Position numbers and translations under genes: made by a program
NCBI GenBank assembly: GCA_038078715.1
Contig: JBBTSU010000005.1
Location: 3,048 to 67,047 of the forward strand
Source: Patescibacteria group bacterium
Lineage (GTDB): Bacteria; Patescibacteriota; Minisyncoccia; Phycocordibacterales; Phycocordibacteraceae
DNA: 64,000 nucleotides
Reading direction: 5' to 3'
The notes under the pieces: generated by a model
What the model was told of the DNA's origin: nothing
What the model saw: the letters and a program-made list of their open reading frames with translations, nothing else
Database searches by the model: none
Part shown: piece after piece, positions 18,808 to 28,496 of the stretch
Layout of the letters: every line of letters starts with the position of its first letter
Numbering within the stretch: position 1 is the first letter of the stretch

Positions 18808-19782
18808 ATGAAGAAGCCTACAGACGGGAACGGATTTGTGCTGCTTGCAGGGAACGGGAACCTTGTACTTGCGCAGAAGATTGCAAAGATCCTTGGAAAG
18901 GAGGTCACGAACCCTATTACCTATTTCGTAGATGGAGAAGTGCGGGTGAAGGGTATTCCGAACCTCCGTCGTCGCCCGGTCTATATCATTCAGTCCACCG
19001 GAAAGCCTGCAAACGACAATCTCATGGAGCTTCTTCTTATGATTGACGCTGCTCGTCGCGCCTCTGCAGATGAAGTGAACGTGGTCATCCCATACTTTGG
19101 ATACGCCCGTCAGGATCGTAAGGATCAGCCTCGTGTGCCTATTTCTTCAGCCGTGGTTGCCAATCTTATTCGCAGTGCTGGCGCAGATCGCATCTGCACC
19201 CTTGATATTCATGCGGAGCAGGTACAGGGATCCGTTCAGTTCTCATGGGACAACCTCTACGGAAGCTACGTACTCGTGCCAGAGATTAAGAAACGCAAGC
19301 TCAAAGATCCCGTGCTCGTCTCACCTGATAAGGGAGGTGTGCCTCGTGTGACTGGCTATGCACAGCTTCTTGGCGTGTCCGACATTGCGATTGTATACAA
19401 GCAGCGCGATCTTCATGTAAACAACAAATCCGAAGTTTTCTCTATGGTCGGAGACGTAGAAGGAAAGGATGTGCTCTTGATTGACGACATGCTTGATTCT
19501 GGAGGAACGATGTTTAACGCAGTGGATCACATTAAGGAGTGTGGTGCACGCAGTATTCGTGTCGCCGTCACCCATGGTTTGTTTAACGGAAAGGCTCTTG
19601 AACGCTTGTCTGCCTCTCCAGTGGAGGAAATCATTACTACTGATTCCGTCGCTCATCGCGATGAGGTGTTGAATCACCCTAAGATTACGATAGTCTCTGT
19701 CGCAGACATGCTTGCCGAAGCCATCATCCACATCCAGACTGGTGCCTCCATCAGCGAAGAACTCATTCTGAAGGCAGAGTAG
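18808..19782 (+). CDS. prs: Ribose-phosphate pyrophosphokinase
   Basis: PYFGYARQDRK, VSPDKGG, IDDMLDSGGT. Alternative start at 18763. Confidence 0.96.
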   Translation: MKKPTDGNGFVLLAGNGNLVLAQKIAKILGKEVTNPITYFVDGEVRVKGIPNLRRRPVYIIQSTGKPANDNLMELLLMIDAARRASADEVNVVIPYFGYARQDRKDQPRVPISSAVVANLIRSAGADRICTLDIHAEQVQGSVQFSWDNLYGSYVLVPEIKKRKLKDPVLVSPDKGGVPRVTGYAQLLGVSDIAIVYKQRDLHVNNKSEVFSMVGDVEGKDVLLIDDMLDSGGTMFNAVDHIKECGARSIRVAVTHGLFNGKALERLSASPVEEIITTDSVAHRDEVLNHPKITIVSVADMLAEAIIHIQTGASISEELILKAE

Positions 19783-19801
19783 GCCTGGTATACTTTCGTA
19801 T

Positions 19802-21046
19802 ATGAGTTTGGCACACGACCTTTCGGCACGTGGGTTTGCGGAGCATTCCTCTTCGCCACTTGAGAACATTCTTTCTTCTAAACGAGGGGTGTATCTCGGT
19901 ATAGATCCGACGGCGGATTCTCTCCATGTCGGTCACCTCGTACCGATCCTTCTTATGAAGCGGCTCGGGACTGCAGGGCATCGTCTCGTATTCTTGGTCG
20001 GGGGAGGAACGGGAATGATTGGAGACCCACGTGAGGTGGGCGAGCGCTCACTTCTTGATACGCGTACGCTTGAGAAGAATAAGCGCGCCATTCGTTCTCA
20101 GCTCTCTAAGATAGTCGGAAAGCGTATCGAGCTCGTGGACAATGCCTCATGGCTCCTTAAGGTGAACTTGGTGGAGTTCCTTCGTGATATTGGAAAACAC
20201 TTCACCGTGAATGAGCTTATTAAACGTGACCTGATTAAGCGTCGTCTTGAGAACCCTGACGAAAGTATTTCCTTTACTGAGTTCTCCTACTCACTGCTTC
20301 AGGGCTACGACTTCCTTACGCTTTATCGTAAGAAGGGAATTAATCTTCAGATTGGAGGATCTGATCAGTGGACCAACATGCTTTCGGGTGTAGAGCTTAT
20401 TCGCCGCAAACTTAGCGAGGAAGCATTTGTCTTTACCTGCCCTTTGGTCACTGACGCGGCAGGAAAGAAGTTTGGTAAGTCAGAAGGGGCACCGGTGTGG
20501 CTTGATGCGAAGAAAACTTCACCATTTAAGTTCTACCAGTTCTGGATCAATCTTCCTGATACGGGTATTGAGACGTACTTGAAACTCTATACCTTCCTCA
20601 CTCTTGAAGAGATTGATTCGGTTATGGCATCACATGCCAAGAACCCTGGAGCACGAGAGGCACAGCAGACCCTTGCTCGTTTGGTAACGGAGATCGTGCA
20701 TGGTCCTGCAGCTGCAGCACAGGCAGGAGCCGCCACTGATGCTCTCTTCGGAGGTCGTGCCTTTGCAAGTTTGTCTCGTGAAGAAGTATCGGTACTTCTA
20801 GGCGAGGTACCAACCCTTCGTATGTCTAAGAAGACAGTCGTACGTCCTATTGTGGACGTGCTTGTTGAAGGAAAGACGGTTCCTTCTAAATCAGAGGCAC
20901 GTCGTTTGATTGAAGCCAGTGGAGTGACACTAAACGGAGAAGTGCTCTCAGATCCTGCACGTGAGCTTACACTCTCTGACTTCACCAACGAACTTGCCAT
21001 CATCCGCAAAGGAAAGCGCGATGTACTTCTTTTGAAGCTTACCTAA
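19802..21046 (+). CDS. tyrS: Tyrosyl-tRNA synthetase
   Basis: GIDPTADSLHVGH, QIGGSDQW, KFGKS, C-terminal S4-like domain. Confidence 0.97.
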   Translation: MSLAHDLSARGFAEHSSSPLENILSSKRGVYLGIDPTADSLHVGHLVPILLMKRLGTAGHRLVFLVGGGTGMIGDPREVGERSLLDTRTLEKNKRAIRSQLSKIVGKRIELVDNASWLLKVNLVEFLRDIGKHFTVNELIKRDLIKRRLENPDESISFTEFSYSLLQGYDFLTLYRKKGINLQIGGSDQWTNMLSGVELIRRKLSEEAFVFTCPLVTDAAGKKFGKSEGAPVWLDAKKTSPFKFYQFWINLPDTGIETYLKLYTFLTLEEIDSVMASHAKNPGAREAQQTLARLVTEIVHGPAAAAQAGAATDALFGGRAFASLSREEVSVLLGEVPTLRMSKKTVVRPIVDVLVEGKTVPSKSEARRLIEASGVTLNGEVLSDPARELTLSDFTNELAIIRKGKRDVLLLKLT

Positions 21047-21090
21047 GGCCTGGAATAGGAGGGAAGACAATGCTATAGTCGGCGACAGAC

Positions 21091-21176
21091 GCGTCGGTGG
21101 CAGAGTGGTCAATTGCACTTGGCTGTAAACCAAGCGGATTTATCCTACGCAGGTTCGAATCCTGCCCGGCGCACCA
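21091..21176 (+). tRNA. tRNA-Tyr(GTA), CCA encoded
   Basis: Acceptor stem GCGTCGG/CCGGCGC plus ACCA, anticodon arm CTTGG-CTGTAAA-CCAAG, long variable arm, GGTTCGAATCC. Confidence 0.96.
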
Positions 21177-21186
21177 TTATTTACGT

Positions 21187-22101
21187 ATGTCCGCAGGACT
21201 TATTGCGTCACTTATTACCGCCCTCTGTAAGGCGGGAAGTGATGTCGTATACAAATGGGTAAGTAAAAGCGTGCCGCACGACGATGTGCTCACGCTTATG
21301 TTGCGCCTTGTAGAGGCGCTTCTTGCGATTGCGATTCTTCTCATTGGTGGCCTTTTGTTTTCTGGATCCCTTGTACTTCCAGTCGCATTTCTTAATCCTG
21401 TGTTTTGGAGTATCTCTATTGCGTCTGCGGTATTAAGTGGTCTTGGACTTTTCTTTACCTTTAAGGCACTACGAACCTCTGACGTGTCACTCGTGTCTCC
21501 TATGACACAGCTCACTCCTCTTATTCTCCTCGTGACCTCACCGATCATGATAGGGGAATCACTGACAACTGCAGGAGTGCTCGGAGTGGTCGGTATTGTC
21601 TTTGGCTCCTACGCCATGAGTCTGGGCTCAAAGGATAATACGAGCGCAAATCCATTTCGTTCTTTTGCACGACTCTTCTCTGATCGTGGGGTACAGTTCG
21701 CACTCCTTGCGTCACTTCTCTACGGATTCTCATCTAACCTTGACAAGATGGGAGTGCTCGCGACCTCGCCTGTATGGTGGATTGCGATACAAGCGCTCAT
21801 GATGTCGCTGCCAGTGTATCTCTGGATGCGATTCTCGTCACTGCGTAGTCATCTTGTTCTCACTCGGAGACAATTTTCATATTCCATCCTCCCTGGTATT
21901 ACGAGCGGCACTGGGTCTATCGTGCAGATGATTGCGATTAGCATCTGGCCAGTGCCATACGTGATAGCAGTGAAGCGTCTAAGTGCCCTCGTATCTGTCG
22001 TCTCCGGAGCAGTGCTATTTAAGGAAGAAAACTTCTTCTGGCGTCTCATAGGAGCACTCATTATGGTCCTCAGTACCATCGCGATTATTCTCTACGGCTA
22101 G
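21187..22101 (+). CDS. EamA/DMT family transporter
   Basis: About 10 TM in two repeats. Start MSAG is after the tRNA. Confidence 0.85.
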   Translation: MSAGLIASLITALCKAGSDVVYKWVSKSVPHDDVLTLMLRLVEALLAIAILLIGGLLFSGSLVLPVAFLNPVFWSISIASAVLSGLGLFFTFKALRTSDVSLVSPMTQLTPLILLVTSPIMIGESLTTAGVLGVVGIVFGSYAMSLGSKDNTSANPFRSFARLFSDRGVQFALLASLLYGFSSNLDKMGVLATSPVWWIAIQALMMSLPVYLWMRFSSLRSHLVLTRRQFSYSILPGITSGTGSIVQMIAISIWPVPYVIAVKRLSALVSVVSGAVLFKEENFFWRLIGALIMVLSTIAIILYG

Positions 22102-22111
22102 TGATAAGATT

Positions 22112-22573
22112 ATGACTATGGATTCCTGTATTTTTTGTAAGATCGTAAAAGGAGAGGCACCATCCCATGTCATTTGGGAAGACGAGAAGCATCTCGCGTT
22201 TCTTTCTATATTCCCAAACACTCCAGGTTTTTCAGTAGTGGTTACCAAGAAGCATTATTCTAGTTACGTCTTTGATTTATCTGACGACGTATACGCAGAG
22301 CTTCTTTCAGCCGCTAAGACAGTGGGGAAGAAGATTGATGCGGCGCTTCCAGACGTAGGACGTACTGGACTTCTTGCCGAAGGATTCGGCGTAGATCATG
22401 CACATGTGAAATTGTTCCCTATGCATGGAACTGCTGACATGGACACTTGGAAACCGATTGAGTTCAGACGCACCGACTTCTATGAGATATATCCAGGATA
22501 CCTTTCTTCACATGACGCTGGACGGGCTGATGATGGGGAGTTGGCAGAACTCGCGAAAAAGATACGTGATTGA
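22112..22573 (+). CDS. HIT family protein
   Basis: CIFCKI..FLSIFPNTPG..VDHAHVKL. Start may be 22118. Confidence 0.9.
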   Translation: MTMDSCIFCKIVKGEAPSHVIWEDEKHLAFLSIFPNTPGFSVVVTKKHYSSYVFDLSDDVYAELLSAAKTVGKKIDAALPDVGRTGLLAEGFGVDHAHVKLFPMHGTADMDTWKPIEFRRTDFYEIYPGYLSSHDAGRADDGELAELAKKIRD

Positions 22574-22587
22574 TATAGTCTTTTGAT

Positions 22588-23526
22588 ATGGCAAAACCTC
22601 GTCTCCTCACCGGTCTTCAGCCTTCGGGCGATCTTCATATCGGCAACTACTTTGGTGCGCTCAAGCCTTTTGTGGATACGTATGAGAAATACGAGAGCTT
22701 CCTTATGGTCGTGGACTACCATGCCCTTACATCTCTAAAGAGTCCTGATGAACTTCGGAAAAACACCATTGAAGCCGTACGTACCTATCTTGCCGTGGGG
22801 GTAGATCCGAATAAAGCAGTGATCTTTAAGCAATCAGACGTTCCTGCACACACCGAGCTTGCATGGATCTTTGATTGTCTGGTGACTCTCCCATTCCTCA
22901 TGCAGGCACATGCGTACAAGGACAAGGTGGCAAAGGGTCTTGAAGCGAACGCGGGTCTCTTTACGTACCCTATGCTCATGGCCGCAGATATTCTTTTGTA
23001 TGACACAGAGGTAGTGCCGGTTGGAGAAGATCAGCGACAGCACATTGAATATGCACGTGAGGCTGCAGCAAAGTTTAATAAAGCCTTTACAGAAGTATTT
23101 AAGGAGCCAAAAGAACTCATTCTTAAGGCCACGGGTATCGTTCCGGGTACTGATGGCAAGAAGATGAGTAAGAGCTACGGCAACACCATTCCACTCTTTG
23201 GTTCTCGTGAGGAAATACAGAAGGCGGCCATGAGTATCGTCACTGATTCTTCTGCAGGAATTCCTAAGAATGTGTATGCAATGCACAAACTGCTTAAGAG
23301 CGAAGAAGAGCTTGCACCACTCTACGAAGCGAACAAAGGAAGCTACAAGGCACTCAAGGATGCATTGGTAGAGGATCTGGATGCGTTCATTACCCCAATG
23401 CGCGAGAAGCGCGAATCAATCTCTGATGCAGAAGTTGCGTCTGTCCTTGCCGATGGTGCAGAGAAAGCGAGAGAGGTAAGTGAGGCAAAGATGGAGGTGG
23501 TACGTAAGGCCGTGGGCGTGCGCTAA
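22588..23526 (+). CDS. trpS: Tryptophanyl-tRNA synthetase
   Basis: QPSGDLHIGNY, YPMLMAADIL, VPVGEDQ, KMSKS. Confidence 0.97.
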   Translation: MAKPRLLTGLQPSGDLHIGNYFGALKPFVDTYEKYESFLMVVDYHALTSLKSPDELRKNTIEAVRTYLAVGVDPNKAVIFKQSDVPAHTELAWIFDCLVTLPFLMQAHAYKDKVAKGLEANAGLFTYPMLMAADILLYDTEVVPVGEDQRQHIEYAREAAAKFNKAFTEVFKEPKELILKATGIVPGTDGKKMSKSYGNTIPLFGSREEIQKAAMSIVTDSSAGIPKNVYAMHKLLKSEEELAPLYEANKGSYKALKDALVEDLDAFITPMREKRESISDAEVASVLADGAEKAREVSEAKMEVVRKAVGVR

Positions 23527-23528
23527 AT

Positions 23529-24077
23529 ATGCTCACTCTGGTCACAAGCAACATGGACAAGGTTCGTGAATACGAACGGTATCTTGGTGCACCCATCGCA
23601 CATGAATCTTTTGATCTGCCTGAAATTCAATCACTCAGCTACGAAGAGATCGTTGAAGCAAAAGCACTGGAGGCATACAAGCGGATTGGTTCTCCAGTGC
23701 TAGTAGATGACTCCGGTCTTCTCATTGATAGCATGAATGGTTTGCCTGGTCCTCTCACCAAGTGGTTTGAGAAAGCACTTGGCACCGAAGGGGTATGTAG
23801 ACTTGCTGATGCAGATCCAGATCGTAAGGGATCGGTGACAGCTATTGTGGGATTCTTTGATGGTACGGAGTTCAAATCCTTTAGAGGGGACTCCAAAGGG
23901 ACTATTGCAGATCATCCACGAGGAGAAAATGGCTTTGGATACGATGTTGCCTTCATTCATGAAGGGGATGACCGGACCCGGTCAGAATTAACGAGGGAAG
24001 AACAGGACGCCCGGCCGTTTAGGAAGACTGCCCTTGAGGCCCTCAAGACCTATCTCCAAGGTCGTGGTATTTTGTAA
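23529..24077 (+). CDS. rdgB: Non-canonical purine NTP pyrophosphatase (Ham1/RdgB family)
   Basis: TSNMDKVRE, VDDSGL, LPGP, GFGYD. Confidence 0.88.
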   Translation: MLTLVTSNMDKVREYERYLGAPIAHESFDLPEIQSLSYEEIVEAKALEAYKRIGSPVLVDDSGLLIDSMNGLPGPLTKWFEKALGTEGVCRLADADPDRKGSVTAIVGFFDGTEFKSFRGDSKGTIADHPRGENGFGYDVAFIHEGDDRTRSELTREEQDARPFRKTALEALKTYLQGRGIL

Positions 24078-24082
24078 GGAAT

Positions 24083-25396
24083 ATGGAACGGGTACTGATA
24101 CGGGACCTAAAGGCCCACGTAGGAAAGGAGGTGACCATCGCCGGATGGGTAGATGTACGTCGTGACCAGGGCAAGATGGTCTTCTTTGATTTCCGCGATC
24201 GTAGCGGCATGGTCCAGGGCGTCGTGCTTCCGAAGAGTGAGGCCATGGATGCAGCGAAGGAGACTCGTCATGAGTATGTCGTTTCCGTTACAGGAAAAGT
24301 GAATGCACGTCCGGAAAAGAATGTGCAGGAGGGAAAACAGAACGGTGACATTGAGCTTGAGGTTCTTGGCATAGAGATTCTTTCTCGTGCTCAGGAACTT
24401 CCATTTGAAAAAGATACTGACATCAATATTGATACTCGTTTTGACTATCGTCCGTTCACACTTCGTAGTCAGCGCGATCATGACATCTTTAAAGTGCAGG
24501 CAACCGTCGTTGATGCATACCGTCAGTCACTCATTGCACAAGACTTCACCGAGTTCCAGGCGCCCTCACTGGTAGGAGGAGACGCAGAAGGAGGAGCCGC
24601 CGTGTTTAAAGTGGACTACTTCAACGACCGTACCGCATACCTCGCCACCTCTCCACAGTTCTACAAGCAGATTATGGTAGGAGCCTTTGAGCGCGCCTTT
24701 ACCGTTGCACGTATCTTCCGTGCAGAAAAGAGTGCGACCACTCGCCACCTTTCTGAAGCAACCTGTGTAGATTTTGAGATGGGCTTTATCCCGGACGAGA
24801 GGGAGGTGATGGCAACGCTTGAACGCACCATTCGTGATGTCGTAGAGGCGGTCGCAAAGAAGCACGCAGATGTGTTTGAACGCATGGGAGTACCCGTTCC
24901 TGCACTCGGGGAGAAGTTCCCAGTGCTCACTCTTCGTGAAGCACATGAAAGACTTGGAGTGACTCCAGAAGATGACATGACGCCTGAGCATGAACGCAAT
25001 ATCTGCGAGTGGGCACTTAAGGAGCACGGGTCAGATTTTGTATTCATTACGCGCTTCCCAACGAACGCACGTGCCTTCTACACCATGGCAGAGGATGGCA
25101 CGTTTTCTCGTGGCTTTGATCTCTTGTTCCGCGGCCTTGAGATCAACAGCGGCGCACAGCGTATTCATAGCTATGACGAGATGGTGGCGCGTATTAAGGA
25201 GCGCGGGATGGACCCAGAGAAGTTTCAGTTCTATCTCCAAGCCTTCAAGTATGGTATTCCTCCGCACGGTGGATGCTCTACCGGTATAGAGCGCTTCACC
25301 ATGAAGATGCTCAACCTTGGTAATGCCAAAGAGGCATCCGCATTCCCACGTGACATGAACCGCATTGACCTTCTTCTTTCACAAGAGGATGCGTAA
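24083..25396 (+). CDS. aspS: Non-discriminating (short, archaeal-type) aspartyl-tRNA synthetase
   Basis: OB fold, YLATSPQFYKQ, FRAE..RHL, GIPPHGG. At 437 aa it has no GAD insert. Confidence 0.9.
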   Translation: MERVLIRDLKAHVGKEVTIAGWVDVRRDQGKMVFFDFRDRSGMVQGVVLPKSEAMDAAKETRHEYVVSVTGKVNARPEKNVQEGKQNGDIELEVLGIEILSRAQELPFEKDTDINIDTRFDYRPFTLRSQRDHDIFKVQATVVDAYRQSLIAQDFTEFQAPSLVGGDAEGGAAVFKVDYFNDRTAYLATSPQFYKQIMVGAFERAFTVARIFRAEKSATTRHLSEATCVDFEMGFIPDEREVMATLERTIRDVVEAVAKKHADVFERMGVPVPALGEKFPVLTLREAHERLGVTPEDDMTPEHERNICEWALKEHGSDFVFITRFPTNARAFYTMAEDGTFSRGFDLLFRGLEINSGAQRIHSYDEMVARIKERGMDPEKFQFYLQAFKYGIPPHGGCSTGIERFTMKMLNLGNAKEASAFPRDMNRIDLLLSQEDA

Positions 25397-25407
25397 CTCT
25401 TTTTCCT

Positions 25408-26370
25408 ATGCCAACCCTTAAAGAAATGTACGCAGAGGCAGTAGAGCTCGGCATTGACGCCGATCCTCGTGGACGTGATGGGGTACAGAAGCTTCTTGCC
25501 CGTCGCAAGAAAGAATATGACGGACTCTCTGAGAAGCAGAAGGAGGAATACCACGAAGAAGATTTGTGGGATCCATACATAGACTCCGGTATCTTTGCGG
25601 GTGATCCTGATAAGGAAGTGAAGAAGATCATGGCCGGCATTGATATTGATGTCGGGGAAGTGGCGATTGCAGGCCTCATGAACCAGCAGGGAGCAGGGAT
25701 AGATGCGCTCGTCGCGCATCACCCACAAGCAAAAGCATACGCCGCACTTCACGAAGTCATGGAGATGCAGTCAGAGAATATGGCGCGCTACGGTGTACCG
25801 ATTAATGTTGCTGAAGGGATTATGCGTGAGCGTATCAATGAGGTGGCTCGTAAGATTAGTCCTCGTAACCACACCCAGGCGGTAGATTCTGCAAAGCTTC
25901 TAAACCTCTCCTACGTCTGCACGCACACCATTGCCGATAACCTTGTGTTCCGTTTCCTTGAAGATCTTTTCAACGAGAAGAGCGCAGAGACGGTAGGAGA
26001 TGTCATTGCTATTCTTAAAGAGATTCCTGAATACCAGGTTGCCATGAAGTCTAAGGCGGGTCCAACACTCTTCTCTGGAAACGAAAAGAATCGTACGGGT
26101 AAGATTGCACCGCTTGAGATTACAGGGGGAACAGAAGGATCTCCGCTTATCTACGAGAAGTTTGCACAGGCAGGAGTCGGCACCATTATCGCCATGCATG
26201 CCTCAGAAGAACATCGTACGGAGGCGATGAAGAACCATATCAACCTCGTCATCGCCGGGCACATGAGTTCTGACTCTATTGGTATGAACCTTGTATTGGA
26301 TAAGTTTGAAGCGAAGGGAATTGAGATTGTGCCTACCTCAGGCCTCATTCGCGTGAGTCGTAACAAATAA
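25408..26370 (+). CDS. NIF3-like dinuclear metal-binding protein
   Basis: AHHP, HTIADN, IAGHMSSDSIG. Confidence 0.8.
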   Translation: MPTLKEMYAEAVELGIDADPRGRDGVQKLLARRKKEYDGLSEKQKEEYHEEDLWDPYIDSGIFAGDPDKEVKKIMAGIDIDVGEVAIAGLMNQQGAGIDALVAHHPQAKAYAALHEVMEMQSENMARYGVPINVAEGIMRERINEVARKISPRNHTQAVDSAKLLNLSYVCTHTIADNLVFRFLEDLFNEKSAETVGDVIAILKEIPEYQVAMKSKAGPTLFSGNEKNRTGKIAPLEITGGTEGSPLIYEKFAQAGVGTIIAMHASEEHRTEAMKNHINLVIAGHMSSDSIGMNLVLDKFEAKGIEIVPTSGLIRVSRNK

Positions 26371-27107
26371 TGACGTAGACGACCACGACTGGGTTTACCG
26401 TCCGCACTCCAGCCTTTGAAGGACCATTCGCCCTTGTCCTTGAACTTATTGAGAAGCGAAAGCTTCTGGTAAATGACCTGTCCCTTTCCCAAGTGACGGA
26501 TGATTTTATTACGCATGTGCGCAGTCAGGCAGAGTTTCCAATGGAAGACGCAGCAGACTTTATTCAAGTCGCGGCCACACTGCTTCTTATTAAGTCCAAA
26601 TCACTCATTCCTGATCTTGAGCTTTCTAATGAAGAGGAAGAAGACGTAGAGGATTTCAAACGCCGTTTGAAGATGTACGAGCAGGTACGCGAGGCGACTC
26701 GTGAACTCTCGCGCGTCTTTGGTCGCAAAGTAATGGTAGAGCCAGGAGAACGTGCACCGGAACCTATCTTTGCACCAAGTCCTGATGCAACACTTCCAAA
26801 TCTTGAGCGAGCACTTGCGGATGCACTTGCCGCACTTGAGAAGGTAGAGAAACTTCAGGAAGCGCGCGTGCGCCCCATGGTCACCATTGAAGAGATGATG
26901 GAGCGTCTTTTGGATCGGGTGCGTGGCGCACTATCTGTGTCATTCAAAGAATTCTCAGGGAACGCAAAAGAGAAGGTGGAGATTATTGTTTCGTTCTTGG
27001 CACTTCTTGAACTCGTGAAGCAGGGAAGTATAGACGCAGAGCAGGGGGAGCACTTCTCCGATATTCGGATTAAAGATACGACCACTGATCTCCCGAAGTA
27101 CGGTTAG
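26370..27107 (+). CDS. scpA: Kleisin ScpA with an in-frame TAG at codon 3 (26376-26378), possibly a pseudogene or sequencing error
   Basis: ATG-ACG-TAG, then an open frame TTTTGFTVRTPAFEGPFALVLELIEKRK..AATLLLIKSKSL..VSFLALLELVKQG. Confidence 0.85.
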
Positions 27108-27874
27108 AGAATCACAAAGAAGAATACGAGTGCAAGAAGAATTCGGTAGATACCGAATGGGATGAAGGTGTAATTGCGGATGAAGTTAAGGAGGAACTTG
27201 ATTGCGGCAATGGCGACCAAAAAGGAGACCACAAAGCCAATCGCAAGAAGCATAAAGTCATTTTCCGTAAACACATGTGAGTTTTTAAGAATGTCGTATC
27301 CAGTTGCGGCTGCAATCGTAGGAACCGCAAGAAGGAAGGAGAACTCCACAATGGCGACACGGGATACTCCAAGAAGAAGACCCCCGACAATCGTCGCTCC
27401 TGAACGGGAGACCCCAGGAATAACGGCAAGTGCCTGAATAAGACCAATAAAGAATGCTTGAAGGTACGATATATCCTTCACATCCTTGTGTGCATCCTCT
27501 TTCTCCTTATGAAAGAACTCAAGCGCGATGAGGGCAATACCTCCCAGGAACAGAGAGGCGAGAATCACCTCCATGCTTTCAAAGAGATAGTCCTTAATGA
27601 AAGAGTAGAGAAAGAATCCAATGACTGCGGTCGGAATAAAGGCAGCCAGGAGACGCTTTATAACCTCTAGATCAAGGAAGGACTTCCAATAAAGAAAGAC
27701 TACAGCAGCAATAGCGCCAAGCTGGATGACGATCTCGTAACTCTTAAGAAATTCGGTTGGCGTAAGACCAAGAAGTTCTGCGGCAAGAATCAGGTGGCCG
27801 GTAGAGGAGATAGGGAGGAACTCGGTAATACCTTCAACGATACCGAGTATGACGCTATCGAGGGGGGTCATCAT
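27104..27874 (-). CDS. uppP: Undecaprenyl-diphosphate phosphatase
   Basis: GIVEGITEFLPISSTGHL, PGVSRSGAT. Confidence 0.97.
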   Translation of the reverse strand: MMTPLDSVILGIVEGITEFLPISSTGHLILAAELLGLTPTEFLKSYEIVIQLGAIAAVVFLYWKSFLDLEVIKRLLAAFIPTAVIGFFLYSFIKDYLFESMEVILASLFLGGIALIALEFFHKEKEDAHKDVKDISYLQAFFIGLIQALAVIPGVSRSGATIVGGLLLGVSRVAIVEFSFLLAVPTIAAATGYDILKNSHVFTENDFMLLAIGFVVSFLVAIAAIKFLLNFIRNYTFIPFGIYRILLALVFFFVIL

Positions 27875-27935
27875 GAAGCGCTATTATACACCGCGGATTT
27901 TGCGACCTAGAGGCTCTGCGGTATTCTGGAGCGAC

Positions 27936-28496
27936 ATGCCTCTTTCTACTGAAAGCCTCCTTGAAGCCGTCCTCTTTGCCTCTGGTGAAGCGATGCCTAA
28001 AAAACGTCTTGCATCGTTGCTTGGTATTTCTGCTGATCAGCTTCAGGCTGCAGCGGATCGTCTTCGCGAAACCCTTACGGAACGAGGTCTTGCGCTCATT
28101 GAAACGGGGGGGGAGCTAGATCTTCGTACCAGCTCGGAGGCTGCAGACATAGTGAAGAAGCTTCGTGAGAGCGAGCTTTCACGCGATCTTGGAAAAGCAG
28201 GATTGGAGACCCTTGCACTCGTCCTCTACAAGAACGGCGCGACACGCGGAGAGATTGACTGGGTCCGCGGAGTGAACTCCTCTACGGCACTTCGTTCACT
28301 CTTGCTTCGTGGACTTATTCGCCGCACTGAAGATCCTACGGATCGTCGTCGTGCGCGCTACGAAGTAACCTCTGAGGCACTCGCACATCTCTCTGCAGAG
28401 CGACTTTCTGACCTCCCTCGTTACGAGGAATTTTCTGCTGCTCTCACACGAGAAGCAAGTGCGCAGGCAGCGGAAGAATCACAAGATGGAAACTAG
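27936..28496 (+). CDS. scpB: SMC-Scp complex subunit ScpB
   Basis: LEAVLFASGE..ETLALVLY..TRGEIDWVRGVNS. Confidence 0.93.
   Translation: MPLSTESLLEAVLFASGEAMPKKRLASLLGISADQLQAAADRLRETLTERGLALIETGGELDLRTSSEAADIVKKLRESELSRDLGKAGLETLALVLYKNGATRGEIDWVRGVNSSTALRSLLLRGLIRRTEDPTDRRRARYEVTSEALAHLSAERLSDLPRYEEFSAALTREASAQAAEESQDGN

Noticed and set aside
21097-21186. N-terminal extension of the EamA ORF in the ORF track
   Set aside because: It overlaps tRNA-Tyr. The real start is the ATG at 21187.
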